From an uncultured Acidobacteriota bacterium (GTDB taxonomy: Bacteria > Acidobacteriota > Blastocatellia > RBC074): a DNA stretch of 64,000 bases. The stretch is taken from the NCBI GenBank assembly GCA_963796275.1, contig CAWCKY010000006.1, forward strand, positions 2,528,001-2,592,000, written 5' to 3'. Below are positions 63,292 to 64,000 of the stretch, piece by piece. The notes under the pieces are model-generated. The model was not told the origin of the DNA and did not search any database. It worked only from the letters and a program-made list of their open reading frames with translations. Numbering within the stretch: position 1 is the first letter of the stretch; every line of letters starts with the position of its first letter. Made by a program: the position numbers and the translations under genes.

Positions 63292-64000
63292 GCCCCAAGA
63301 TCGTCATTGTCGGCGCGGGAATGGGCGGACTGACGGCAGCGCTCCGGCTGGCACGCCGTGGCTTTCGCGTGCGCGTGATCGAGGCGAGTCGTGAGGCTGG
63401 CGGGTTGGCTTCAAGTTTAACCAGAGGCGGCTTCACCTTCGATGCGGGGCCCTACATTCTGCTCGACCGCTGCGGGCTAGAATGGGCTTTCAACCAGGTC
63501 GGGTTGGTATTGGATGAGCACATATCGTTGCGGCGGATCGCAGACGTTTATGTGGCGTCTTCAAGCGAGGCTGCGCCGGTGCATGTTTGCGCGGATCTGG
63601 AACAGACAGCAGCAGGCTTTGATCGCGCCTGGCCGGGGAGCGGCGCACGCTATCGCCGGTTTGTGGCCACGACCGCGAAAATCTATGAACGGCTGCGCCC
63701 CCTGCAGCACGTCTCACATCCTGGTCCGGCCGATGTGCTGCGGGCGCGGGCCTTACAGCAGGTACCATTTCTGTTTCGCTCGCTCGGCTCAGTGCTCGGG
63801 CGCACGGGTTTACCGGCCCCAATCATCGACGCCCTCGCCATCTGGACTCACGTCGCCGGCCAGACGCTTGAACGTGCTCCTAGCCCGCTGGCTTTTGTCC
63901 CCGCCTTGATCCATATCGTTGGGGCTTACTACCCGGCGGGCGGCATCGGCACCATTCCGCGGACCCTCGCCCAAGCCGCCAGCGCAGCCGGCGTGGAATT
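63288..64000 (+). CDS. Phytoene desaturase (CrtI)-like FAD-dependent oxidoreductase, 3'-truncated by window edge (absent from ORF track)
   Basis: GTGA overlap; KIVIVGAGMGGLTAA, EAGG, GFTFDAGPY, GAYYPAGG. Confidence 0.88.
   Translation, partial: MSPKIVIVGAGMGGLTAALRLARRGFRVRVIEASREAGGLASSLTRGGFTFDAGPYILLDRCGLEWAFNQVGLVLDEHISLRRIADVYVASSSEAAPVHVCADLEQTAAGFDRAWPGSGARYRRFVATTAKIYERLRPLQHVSHPGPADVLRARALQQVPFLFRSLGSVLGRTGLPAPIIDALAIWTHVAGQTLERAPSPLAFVPALIHIVGAYYPAGGIGTIPRTLAQAASAAGVE

Overview
A 64-kb accessory-type region, most likely from an Acidobacteriota genome and probably Blastocatellia-like. This is inferred from three Oar-type TonB-dependent receptors, a TIGR03437-like relic, a cytochrome-fused PQQ enzyme and other Acidobacteria-type secreted proteins. 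No rRNA, tRNA or CRISPR array was seen. Intact genes: a PotABCD-like ABC operon, a DszA/NtaA-like LLM monooxygenase, CE15, GH53, GH15, an S9 peptidase, a stand-alone BamA, a di-cytochrome PQQ dehydrogenase, VOC/SRPBCC/AraC/TetR genes and a 587-aa DDE transposase. Many eroded gene fragments lie between them. The most notable structures are not visible in the ORF track. (1) An integrase-less integron-like cassette array on the minus strand (about 18.7-21.0 kb), with an attI-like site and two attC sites, headed by a decayed small conserved gene rather than intI. (2) A ~245-bp MITE present twice, with 15-bp TIRs, 8-bp target duplications and internal REP-like palindromes; one copy splits a cassette ORF. 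(3) A ~60-bp motif repeated at 26.2 and 29.9 kb. (4) A coupled pair of secreted unknown proteins with toxin/immunity-like layout. (5) A ferritin-like diiron/DUF362 fusion coupled to a CrtI-like flavoprotein at the right edge. All family assignments come from motif recognition, not database searches.
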